A DNA stretch of 64,000 nucleotides, taken from NCBI GenBank assembly GCA_036172245.1, contig JAYWIR010000008.1, forward strand, positions 4,774,001 through 4,838,000, read 5' to 3'. Both the position numbers and the translations under genes were made by a program. The notes under the pieces were generated by a model. That model had not been told where the DNA came from. It did not search any database and saw nothing but the letters and a program-made list of their open reading frames with translations. Source of the DNA: Raillietiella orientalis. Taxonomy: Eukaryota. Of this stretch, positions 1-12,200 are shown piece after piece. The number at the start of each line of letters is the position of its first letter. Within the stretch, counting starts at the first letter, position 1.

Positions 1-3000
1 TTTTTCCTCTAGAAAAGATACTTTGTTGCTTGTCCATGGCTTGAAACCTCAAGTTGCAGGTCATTCTGTTGCAAATCTGCTCTTCCAATGTGATTCTGAC
101 TTATCTGTGTATTATAAAAGTCCTCAAAAGGATACTTTGAGGAACGAATCACAGTTTCCAAATGAGAATGCAGTTTCCCCAAAGTACACATGTAACTGTG
201 TGTGAAATATAGATGGACAAACTCAGATGAGATTGGATTTCGTTCTCGGTTCTTTACAACACCTGTCAGCACCTTATAAATTCGAAAATGATATAGGAAT
301 ACCTTTTTTAAAAAAAAAAAAAAAAATGTGTGCAAGCGCAAATTTCGGGACTTCTAACAAAAAGTACTGTGCCCCCAAATGGAACCCAATATCTTTGCAT
401 TCCATGTCTTCTCAAGCATTGTTTCAGCCCTTTGACCTCTTTGGTTCTGCAAGAAAATTCGGCAAGCAGTTAGAGCATTGGCATCATATGAGAATACTTT
501 GCAACATTTCTTGCAGCGTTGCGGAGAATGCAAACCTTTTTAGTATTGCTCTCTCTATTCAATGGCGAAAGTTCTTGCAAAATCGACTTGCTAATCGACA
601 GATTGCAGGGTCTGAAAGCATCTGAAATGTTTTTGATGATAAGGTAATTTATCCCAATACAATATATCTTCTGTGTGCACTCGGGTTCAATATTCTCTTA
701 GAAATGAATTTTGCATGTCTTTTATTTGTCTCCTATATTTTCTGAGGCGTTCATAATTACTACGTGTGCTGAGGACCACTTTCTGATTTGTTTTCTTGGC
801 TGGATTGGCAGATGTAAAAAAAAAATTTCTCTCTCCCTCTCTCTCTGTCTTCAGATGCTTTGGAACTTATGCCATGAATTTTCGAGGGAAATGTATTTCC
901 TCGAAAATTTCCATATCGTCCCAGCGTCCAATCTGCCTCAAAAACAGTGATATGTCCCAGCCTACTATTTGCGACAGGCTCGAACCCGAGAATTTGAGTT
1001 TTGTCATTCGGTTTCTCGTGACTATTCTGTTTAAATCATTGCGGAGGATGCCACGGGAAGTATCTCAGCAGTTTCGAGTTTTCCGTTGAATTCTCAGCAG
1101 GGAAGATGCCAGCATTTAGCAAACTGCTGCTTTCCACTTGAATGCTGTAATTTTCCTTCTGGTTTCAAGAGTTTGCTCCCCATTTAACCCGGAATTCGAT
1201 ATGTCGGTCAAGCGATTTGCATTAGTGTCTTTTTTGCATGCCATGCATCACTCGCCAGCTACCCTTACGTTTCGAAAATGCAAGTCGGTACATAGTTTTG
1301 ATCACCCGAATCGCGTTGATCCACTAGAAGGGCTCTAGAATTGGAAAAATATTCATTTGTGTAAGATATTTTAAGTGTGAATCGCTCTTCTTTTAATCGT
1401 TCTTCAAGTCACGAAGTTATCCTATACATCATGCGAACCAAAGTCTCAGAGCAAGTGTTATGACACCCGCCATACATAATAATCAATTGCATCGGTGAAA
1501 TCGTAATTTCGGTGTAAATGAAAATATAAGATCAAGAAAGCAAGGTTTTCCACGCAACTAGCAACATCCGTTATTCGGCATCATGTGGAAGAAGAAGAAA
1601 AACAAGTTGGTAAACGGAGACGAAGCCTTGCAGGGTGACAGAAAAACTAGGTTTTCTGCTGCAGGAAACCTCGAGCCCTGGGGAGTTGGCTGCAAATCAG
1701 GGGATTCCAGATGCAACCCGGAGCGGTGGCAAACCCTAATGTTTGTTCTGTTTATCACTGGTTTTGCTGAGTGGAATTTTATTTGCGCTAGCCGAGTCTG
1801 TCCGAGGAAAGTGCTATCTTCATCGGTGCCGAATTAATGCGGGATTCACCCATCTCATTGCTTTTAAAACTGCTAATTAGCTCGAGCCACTGACTACTTG
1901 CTTATTTTCTTTCTTCTATATGCGTACCTACGATTATTGTATGCCCACAGTACCCACTGGCTGCATACAGCTCGCCGTACATGTTGACGTGTCTTTGAAA
2001 ATAATTGCATCGTATGGTGTTAGTGGAGTTCTCCGCATGAAATGGCAGACCTTTGCTTTGTGATTCCTGTCCTTAGTTTTTGCTTTCTAATTTGTAATTA
2101 TAATTAGTCTGAGGTCCAATCTGTACCTGCGATCATTATCGATGTGAATGAATGAAAGCAGCAACGACCATGTGCACAGCCACCAGCATGTGCCCTCTTT
2201 CAAGTATTGTAAAAGAAACGAATGTGTCGTAAAACGAGTGGGCAGGTAGGTCATTCGCAAAAGCAGCACGTTGGAGTCTCGGCCTGCACAGGTCTGAAGG
2301 TGAAATCAGCGAGTCGAGGGATCACCTGGTCTTGCTTTTCCGCCTCCTAATTTTGTATGGAGTGGTTTAAGGGAATTCACATTTATACATTTGTAGGAGA
2401 CGACCCTAGGAGACGCTGTTGAAACCTCGGCGGAGGCTACTCAAAAAGCAGAATTGCTCGTTTCTCGTTCTCACCCAATGAAATTCTTGTTTCGGTCCGC
2501 ATGCTCCGAGCTTTCTTCTTCTTCTTGCTTATGTTTCTTCTCCTTCTTCGGATTCAGTACACTTCTACACATCTCCTTAACTCCAGTTCGCTGCTATGCT
2601 TACAGGTTTCGTCTCGTCGGCAGATTCCGTTTAGGTTTCATTCAGGCAGATGATTGTGCTTAGTGGTGTTTTGTAGTGTGCAGCATCCGATTTAGGGAGG
2701 GGGGGGGGAACCCTTTTGTGCATAGATGCTAGGCATAAACAGTGTTACATGAGGAAACACTAAATAGTTGAATTGGAACACGAGTGGTCAATAATACTGG
2801 ATGCTAGAAGGGGGGGGGGGGACTGCTCGAAGTCGAAGCTTAAGATATTGACAGAACCAGGACCATTTTTCCTTTGGAACAGTATTTCTGGATGAGAAGT
2901 TCCTAGACGAAACGAAGCTTGCCGTAAAACGAAGAGGAATCTGGAAGGACCGCACAACGATGGATGTGCATCAAGCGAATTGCAGCTGCCATGAGACGCC

Positions 3001-4599
3001 ATCGTGTAGAGTTTGGGAGACGACACTGAACCAAGGAGACTTTCCCGGGCTCGAGGAGCTCAAAAGAGGCGTCACAGTACCAGGGAAGCGCAAAAGTGAG
3101 ACGAAACAATAGTAAATTCCGTGTTTACGCAGAGGCGAATGCGAACGGTCTGTGTCCCGTCCGAGGAAACACCAGAGTCCGAGTTCTCTGCAGTGGAACT
3201 AAGCAAACACCACCTGAATATTTAACGATGAATATTGTAAATAAAAGCTTAAGTGCTGGCATAAAAAGCAACTTAAATGGTCAGATGATAACAAGAAGGA
3301 AGCAAAAAAAAGGCAAAAAAATGGAAGGAGTGGATGACACTCGCTTCTTGGCTCGATTCAAATTCTGAAGCATCATCTGAAATGAGGAAAAGAGTGCACT
3401 TTATGGTCCATTCCGCTGCTGCAGCAGCAGCAGAATGGACCAAAGACCCCAAAACGGGAACTCGTGAATCTTCGAAAGAGATTCGGATCTGAAGGTCAGT
3501 TCACGTAGCAAGCAAGGAAGAGCTGAATAACAAGTTTGTGCATCCTTGAATGACAAGCTTTGCAAGAGCAGAACAAACTAACGGAACAAGGCTTGCGTGC
3601 CGCCCAGGCTGAACGTGCGCGCGACTGCGAATTCTGCGGAAGCCCGTAGAGCGCACGAAAGTAGTCCGAAAAGAAAGTGGCGTGCAGGGGACCTGGAACG
3701 CACGCAAAAGAGCGAGAGCGAGAGATGGAATAGCACGCAGTCTCGGGATCCAAGTTTATGTGGAACTGGATCGTTTCATGACTTCCAAACACTGGATGAT
3801 TCTGACAGAAAACACTGTTGACAGAAAATCATCCCGAAAAGCTCAGGTCATGTCTTGTACCCAGTCTGTCGTCATTTGTAGCCGAAGAATGAGAAAAAGG
3901 AAGATAAACAGCTGGTATTGCACCTGATATCGCTTCCAGTAGAACAGCATACTGTGTCAGAGAGAGAAAAGCGATAGAGGATGGAGGATGATCGAGGATA
4001 GGGATCGGGAAATTGCCCGAGAATTTTCTCTTGAAGGAAATCAAAGGCGTCCAACAAAGAAGGGAAAAGTCTTAAGTTGTTTTTGAAGAGTTCATCACGA
4101 AATGGGAAACAGAGACTGTGAAGTCAAACCATGTTAGGTCTGCTAACGGAAGTAAAGAAACAAGCATCTGAGAGCTGTGATACAGGCTCCTCAGCATCCA
4201 AGAAGCTCGACAGCAGCGTAGGAGCATTGAAGGAAAAGCAATGCAGCTCATACGGCACGATAGTTTGTCTTGCTACATGCAGCGATGGGATCTGATCTGA
4301 AGACGTGGCGACAAATGATCGAAAGAGTCAGAAAACCCTCTGCTTAAGAGATGCAAGAGTGAGCGACAGGACGTAGAAACTTTGAGGCAACTTTGACTTG
4401 GTGCCACAAGTCTATCATTTCTATATATTTCAGTGTTCCTAGCAGATTTTTTTTTTTTTAATGTGAATTTATGTGAACACATGTGGAAGAGTTTCCAGAG
4501 TGAGCAAACTTCGTTAGCATGAAACATAAATTTAAGCCCGAAGTCACCCAGGGCACGATGTAGATAGATGTAACTCTAAAAGAAGGCATCACTTCACTT

Positions 4600-5160
4600 A
4601 AAAAGTGGACGAATCCAAGTTAGAATCTCCTGATAGAGAATGGTGATTTTTTCTGAATGACATGCAAGAAACTCTGGAAGTAAATGAACATCCAACTTTT
4701 TGAGTATCAAAAGTACAGCCACGCCGATCATGTGATGAGAATAAAGTGTCCAACTAGCTTTTCCGGGGAAGAGGTGACTCCATCGTAATAGGAAGCTGAA
4801 TGTCCATCTGGTGGTCCAGTTCCAGGATATTCGTGTTCAACGAAGAAACAGGGACATTGAAAAGTAGAGCACCAAAGATGCTCGGGCTCTTAACAAAAAG
4901 CCAAGCATTTTCTCCGAGTTGATGTCAGAAGAAAAAAAAAAACATTTCCGTTGAACTTCATTGTATCCGATGAAAATTTGCAGGGAATTAGTTTCGCCGA
5001 AGGGTGTCGCTTCAAAATGGGATTTCCGTGTGAAGTAACATCTTCAAGAAGCCGAATTGGAAGATCTTTTAGAAATTCTTTAATACAGTTCTTAGCATCT
5101 GAATGTAGGAATAGGAGGAGGGAATTCAAACGAATCATTTCCTTGGAAACCAAAGTTTAG
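4600..5160 (-). pseudogene. Possible decayed leucine-rich-repeat gene fragment
   Basis: Disrupted frames contain LRR-like segments: NCIKEFLKDLPIRLLEDVTSHGNPILKRHPS, SSLNTNILELD and KKITILYQE..IRPLF. Weak, motif-level resemblance only. Confidence 0.25.
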
Positions 5161-8100
5161 TCTGAGAGGGAAGGCAAGGGCTGCTGTTGAAAGTGCAGTC
5201 GCTTATGGATGCAGGCATGGTAGAGAAATGATTTATAAACCACAAATAAATAAACTGAACCAAACGGATCCTTCATGAAACCACTCGTTCCCTACGGATA
5301 AACCTTTTTTCGGGATCTGTAACTGACGTTTCCTTAGTGAGGAAGCTGTACCAAACAATTTACGAAACAATTACGCAGCGACCTTTATCTACTTTCAGTT
5401 TCCCTAAGTGGGGGAAGAAGGCAAAGGAATTTTCGATATTTTTTCAGAAATCGAATCGTCCCCTCAAAAAACAAAAAATTACATTTAGAAGTAACTCACA
5501 GATATGACAACATCGTTTCATATTTGCTAAGTGTGTCAAAATCGGTGCAAATATGCTTGGATTGATTGTTTGCGGCTACGTCAACCGTTTCATCTTAGAC
5601 ACGGGTGCGAGATTCGAATGACAGCATTATTTTTTAGATCAGTGTGATCCGGTGCAAGCGAAAACCTGAAAGAGATCATTGGCAGAAATTACTGCGCCCA
5701 GTTTCAACAGCAGAAACACAAAAGATTGCAGTGACTCCGCGGTGCAAAGTTTCCGAATCCGTGCAGCAGCACGCAACCATAGTGACGAAATTCGAGAGTT
5801 GTGATCCAGCACGCGCGTTCCGTTTCTGAATCTTTCATCTGAACCCGGAAGACACAAACAGTCCACTCGTTTCGTATGAAGGCCTTTCGAGAAGCCCTGC
5901 AGAACGCAGCACAAAGGCAAGATGCTCCGTATTCATCTTGCTAATTCAGATCTGATACGAATGAGGCCATTATCCCGTTTCCGTAAACCTTGTCCTGCAG
6001 TGAACTAAAGCTGGTTATTAATATGCCACACAAATTACTCGCTTTACACGAATTTCGTTTTTCCAAAAAGTGCCTGATCGTTCGAAAGTTTTCTTTCACA
6101 ACCATCGGATCGCTCTTCGTAGTGTATGCTGGAGAGTTTCGGGAATGCTTTTCCCACCCAGATTCATCCTTGAAAAGATAGAGTTCGCGAAACGAATCAC
6201 CTGCTCAGAATCTGATTGGAAAACATCGACGTACGAATGGGATGTTTCGAATAATCTCGAAAAGAGATATTTTCGAAAGTAACTCAGAAAAACATTCATC
6301 TATGGAGCCATCCATTTAGTGTTTGGAAATCGCTCAAGGGTTTATTGGCAAATCGCAGGTTGATGAAAGCAATCCACGCCAATCTCTCCTTGCAATTCGA
6401 ATTTTTTTGTTCCTGTCATGGGAGAGGGGAGGGAGGGAGGGGGATAAATTAAATTAAAGAACACTTCCGCCTTGATTTCTGAAGATAGCTATCCCTCTTC
6501 CTTCTGGAGCAAATGCATAGGAGCTTCCACATTTCATCTCGAAACGAATTATGGCAATAAAACGTTCTTCTTGAACAATTCCAGAGCAGCGTTTGCTCGT
6601 CGTCACCTCTCGTTTGCACGTCGGAGCAATAAGAGTCTTCTTGCGGAAAACTGTCTTGATCGGTACATGCGCTTCCTGTGTCGCAGTGAGATCCTCGAAA
6701 ATTGGGAAGTGATGCTACATGGCACGGCTCTTCCTCTGACTCAGTTCCTTTGGCTGCGCTTTGTTTTCCAGAGGCACTGCGAAAATGCAAAAATCGCTCC
6801 CTACGAATGGGACTACCGCCCCATAACAAGGAAAGGCATTTTCGAGAAATGATTTCTCTCTCTCTTCTTCTTCTTTTTTTTAATCAACCGCTTGTTCTTC
6901 ACTCCAAGCAGTTTCTCTCGTGCGTGCAACTGCTGGTGGGCGGTGGAAATTGTCGTACATTTCAAGCACTAAGCGTACACACACACACACACAACAGAGA
7001 TTTCGTCAAATTCTTTCTCATTTTCGAAGATCTCCTGATAGATACCGTTTATGTAATTTACAGGAGTTTCTAACTTAATACTCGAATAATGTAAACCCAA
7101 GATCATCGTCTATCAAGACGGAACCACCCTCCTTTCATCAATAGCAAGGGTGTCATGAGCATGAGCGGATGTACAGTGTAGCTACATTCGATGATGATTT
7201 TGGAGAATGAAGTGGAGCTTGCAATGAGCACGATCTAAGAGAAACTAAGTAGACCTATTTGGAATTGGCAATACCGATGATTCTGTAATCATTTTGTAAC
7301 ATGTAGTTTTGTAATTGGTACTATGGAATTTTTATGTAAGATACATCCCGTTTCCCCTGAAATTCATAATCCTCAGTCCAAGAATTTCCGGTTGTGTTCG
7401 GAACAGTGTCATTCAAAACTAGAAATCCTGTTCCGACGTCTGTTTTATTGAACGCAGTGGGAATGTTTTGCCCTTGCATAGGGTTGACAGTCGAATATCC
7501 GAAATTGCATGCAACTCGATGCATGATTGACTTTATAAGTAATTTACGAGTTTCACCTGAGAGTATCAGTCAGGTATCATTAATTTACTGATTATGTTCT
7601 TGAAGCAGTTTTCGGTTTTCTGGAGGTGCAAGGGCAAAAAGTTTCAGGAGAGAAAGAAACCACAAATTATGGAAATAGACACGTATTACTTGGATATGTT
7701 TTCGGTTTTTCGAATCATACTCACATGATGTTTTCTTCGATGAAAAACAACAAAATCAAGTCCATAAGACTTTGGTGGAAAAGGAGAATCATTATAAAGT
7801 TTTTGCTTCCTTCTCTTACTAAAGGCATTTTAGCATGCTCATAAGTACTATTCGGACATTCCATTTGATGACAGAGAGTGAACGATTGAGAGAAATCCCT
7901 GTTTGTTATGACATGCAATTGCTTTAAAAATATGATGACGTCACGAGTAGTTATATAAAATCTGAAATCGTGTTTGTCTGCCTGAATGTTTTGAAATGCT
8001 GAAAGGTACAAAAATCACAGGGGAAAAAGAAAGAAGAAAGAAAGAAAAGAAAAAAAGACCAGCACCTCTTAAAAAGCATGGCAATTCTGTTTTCATGATC

Positions 8101-8549
8101 TAACAGCCGGAAAGAGTTATATGTGCAATGGCATATTCTTGCACTTGGGTTATGAAGCCATAACGCTCACAAGTCACGTACCAGCAGTCTCAATCACACT
8201 TGTGGGACAGCATGGCAATTTTCAAAAGCTGATTTCCAAAATTAAAGCCAGTTTGCGTTGCTACTTATCGTTTGCAACACATCCTAATAAGCTGCGTCGA
8301 GGAATCCGAAAGTAATGCGAAAACGAATCCCATGTTTTTTTAGCACAAATTTTTTGGATCCACACACTCGCTTCACAAACTGAATGCGACGTTTTGCGAT
8401 GGCATGTGTTTTTCTTTTTTTTTTTTTTTTTCAAATGACGGGCATTTTTTTTTCTCATTTCACTTCACGTTCACGTGAATATGCAACTGCACAAGCGGCG
8501 ATTTTGCTTGGTTACTTTAATTCGAACCCTCACCTCATAATCCTCATCT

Positions 8550-11500
8550 CAACACTTGAATTTTGCTTTCCGCATTTCCATTCATCTCGGAGTGTTTTCT
8601 TATTTCCAAGTCCAGAGGCTGTTCCCTGCTTTTCGGTAAAAATCCAGCCAATGACGCATGCAAACAACTCCAAGAGTACTTCTTGCACTTCGAAATCGTG
8701 CATTTTGCTTTTGTTTTTGTTTTTTTCTTCCAATGATTCGTCAGCTGATTTCGATTTAGAACACGTACAAACCACAACGAACACTTTCTTCACCTACAAA
8801 TCGCAGAAACTCGCGAAGAAACCAACAAAATCATATGGATCATTTCGGTATGACTGCTGCAATATGTTGTTTTGTGAAACACTTTAGAGGTGTTCTGTTG
8901 CAAAGGTCTTCCTGTCCTCTGATTCCTTTGACATTTTCTGAGCAAATTTTGGTTTTTCTACAACGAGAATCAGCGTTTTTATTTAGAGCAGCAGGAAGGC
9001 TTTGCAGAATCACAAAAAAAAAAAAAAAACATCCAGCTTGAAGCTCATGCCACTCAGGAGAACCCCATCAGTGTTCCTCCCATGGATTCAAAGGATTGTC
9101 TTTCCACCCGACTGCCGAAGCAGCCCACTTTCGTCAAACAAGCTGATGCGGAGACTACTGTGATCTCTAGCTCTGAGCAGAAATCTTTTACGTTGGGTCG
9201 AATTTGAGATAGGTGATGATTTTAGACAGCTTCTCATCGGAGAACGTCCTAGTGAAGGGTTTCTTACTCTGGAAAACACCAAAACATAGCACAGATCTTC
9301 CGGTGCTCTTGGCATCTAGTGTGCAGTGAGCAGCTTTGCATGCACATCCCGTTTTTATAATCTCGTTTTTATAATCCCTCCAAGAAGTATTTATAGATTT
9401 GCTGATTCACCTGTGCAATTTTTTTACGGTTGTAGTCTCCGTGAAACACCGCACTTTTCCGGTTTTTTTGGCTTGCCTCTCTCTGTACGTTGACGCAGTG
9501 TCCATCAAGTTTGAAAATGTGCACGTTCATGCTGCTATTCTTATGCCCAAAGTAGGGATTTGGCTCAGTGATCAGGAAACTCGCTCATTCCATCCCAACA
9601 ACTGGGCTCGTTTGGCAATAATTTTGGAGCTGGCTGTCCAACGGTTTCGCACAGGCTTGCAAGGTCCAGAATGGAATCCCATAGAAAACGGGACTCCGTT
9701 CTGAACTGCCTGACCACACGCCTTCCTGCCAGCCGTCCGCCAACTTGCATTCCAACCAACTTCAAGTTCAGATGTTCCATCCACTGTGGTGCGTTCTTTG
9801 CTCGCTGAGTGCACCTTCCAAGCCTTTCCCATGCTTGCTCACTATGGTTTTCTGTTGCGAAAACCTTCTTCCGCCTTGCTTTTGGTGCGCCGAAACCTGC
9901 ACCTTTTTCTTTTTTTTTCTTTTCCAATTCAGATCAACAAGGAAAATCACCATTGGAGAGAGAAGGGGGAAAAAATACAAGTAAAACTTACCTATTGTGA
10001 CCTCTTTCTTATCCGCGGCGGCTTCTTTTTATTCAGTAGTCGCATATCCTGCCCCCCCCTCCATTCCGTGTATGCTTTACTTTTTTCTGTGGATCCTCTT
10101 TCCTTTCCGCCACGTGTTTTCGCTGATTCCAGTCCTCGCAGCTGACCGGCAGACTTTTCCGGTGATGTTCTAGGTAGCGATTTAATTCAGCTTTTTTTGC
10201 CCAAGAGGCACGAGAAGGTGCCTTTTTCAGATGATGTGTGCAGGAAATGCCATAAAACCGGTCGCTCGGATCTCCGTTGACGTCTTTTTCCCCAGCCTCT
10301 CGGTCCTTTTTTTCTTCCTGGTGAAACTTCGGAACGGTCCTTCTCGAGATACGTACGGAACCTGGGCGTCTCCGTGGCTTTCGCTTCACGACCACGTTGG
10401 CGATGGCGAAGCGCGACGGGTCGTTTCAGGGCGAAACTCGTTCCGCCGCGCCAGCCTGCCATGTTCCTCAAACGAGGGTTCCGTTTCGAAACGCCAACCT
10501 TCATTTTGCCTGAGCAGAAGATCCTCGCCTGCTTCCCTTATTTACGATTTCCTCTTGCCAGGACTGTTCCGTAGCAACCACTCCAGATAACCAGTAGAGT
10601 GGGGTGTGTGCATATGTTGTGTGCGTGCTGCTGCTCTTCTTTGTTTTGTGAGGAATGTTTAGATCGATAGCTGCGTTATCTTTTGCTTCTTCTGCTTCCG
10701 TACATCAGTGGCACAAGGTATTTTTCGAGTCGAGCTTCAGGAATTCCATGGACCAGTAAAGCGCATCTCGCTGATTTTCGAGACCCAGCATTCTTTCTTA
10801 CTGCGATGCCACCCTTGAGTTCTGTTGATAACCCACCTTATCTCGGGGAGATGATTGCTTCAGTTTGAGTCTGTAAACAGAAGCGCACTCACACGCGGAA
10901 CGTAGGATCCTGGTTCTAATTGACACGAGTGACCAGCAGTGACTCTCGAAGTAGTACTCACGATGAAGCTTCCTTTATGCATGGATGCGGCTTGTCCAGT
11001 TGCCATACTCATGCCTTAACGTCGTGCATGAAAATCATGACCACTCGTCCTCAGAGCCTTCCCTTCAAGAGCAGACTGAATCTTCTGGGAAAGGAGGGAG
11101 CCCAAGGGAGAAGGGGGACTGGGTGCTTTCCTATCTCCCGGCTGACCATTCATACATTCAAACGAGCAGATATGCATGGCTCGAATCGTTGCGAAACGAT
11201 CGCACGAGTTTTCGGTGGCGCTGCTCTTCTCCAAACAAACTGTGCTTTGTGAACTGTGTCCCCCTCCTCACAGTGCAGGACCTGCTCGCTTCACTCTTAT
11301 TTTTCGTGACTGTGCAATGCTTTTGCTAGCACTTTCGATTTTCACCGGTGCCTCAACCGTTGTTTGAGAGCACCACCATCAGCGAGTCATCAGTTCGCTG
11401 CTTAAGATTCTTTGTCTCCTTTTCCCACTCATCTCATCCTTTATTCACCATTCCTTTCAGAGGATGGGTGACTCGCAGCCAGAGGAACTGCAGCCGTGGA

Positions 11501-12200
11501 TCCTGAAAAATGCAGAAGCTGTCGGTCTCGAGGCTGCCAGCTGCAAAATTTAACAGGAGCAGTTTGGTTGGTCTTTCTCATCCCTTCCGTTTTCGAAATT
11601 TTCGCGTTTTGTTTTCCCCGACGTCTCCCGGTTCACATTTATGCTAGCTGGCCGTAAAACTCTGCAATTCATTTGCAACTGTTACGCTCTTGGGAGATGT
11701 AGTGGCACTTTTGCTTACGGTCACATTAAAAGGCATTAAAAAAGTCATTCTTCAGGTTGACTCTCCACAGGACTTCAAGATGTCGAAGGGTTCAACCCAT
11801 AACGCATCTGTCACAAAAGCACCTTCCTTTTTCTTTCTTTTTTGTTCGGATGGTTCTCATTCGTTCTCCAACTCCCCGCACCTCCCCTCTATGTGGTATT
11901 CTTTGACTCTTTAATGCCATGCATTCTGGCTAAATATCGACGCGTTTTCTGTCCCATGGTCTTTGCTTCCCAGCGCACGATCGGCAGCATTTTTTCGTTC
12001 GCCTCCAAAACGCGCATCACTCCGAAGAGCGCGATGTTGCTTGCCCTCGGAACGCAGCAGTCTCCGTGCCTCTCTCATTCCACCGTTCTTCTGCCCCATT
12101 CGGTTTCGTCATCTGCATGAAAAGCAGTGCTGTGTGTGCAGCATGGGATCGTCGTCTTGGGGACCCACAGCGTGTGCCATGCTTACGGACGTCTCTCTCT
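8550..12200 (-). mobile_element. Decayed BEL/Pao LTR retrotransposon gag-pol relic
   Basis: Ordered degenerate Pao-like motifs on the minus strand: knuckle-like KC*QKH (~11320), RWVINR (cf. GWVISG, ~10830), AK*RLAF (cf. TKLRVVF, ~10495), KNAPQWMEHLNLKLVGMQVGGRLA (cf. APLK..IPRLEL), RFLWDSIL (cf. WTDS), KPVRNR, SLFDESGLLRQSGG (cf. PFLDE.GLLRVGGR, ~9125), LFAC (integrase, ~8660). No LTRs found; boundaries approximate. Confidence 0.6.

Noticed and set aside
400..620. Zinc-finger-like CKKCCKVFSY on the minus strand
   Set aside because: Lacks the His ligands and is surrounded by stops.
7321..7524. Protein-like 67-aa minus ORF (VACNFGYSTVNP...)
   Set aside because: Could be an orphan exon, but I found no convincing splice sites or recognisable family.
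9200..9260. piggyBac-like KIITYLKFD
   Set aside because: No further piggyBac motifs, and the surrounding motifs fit BEL/Pao better.
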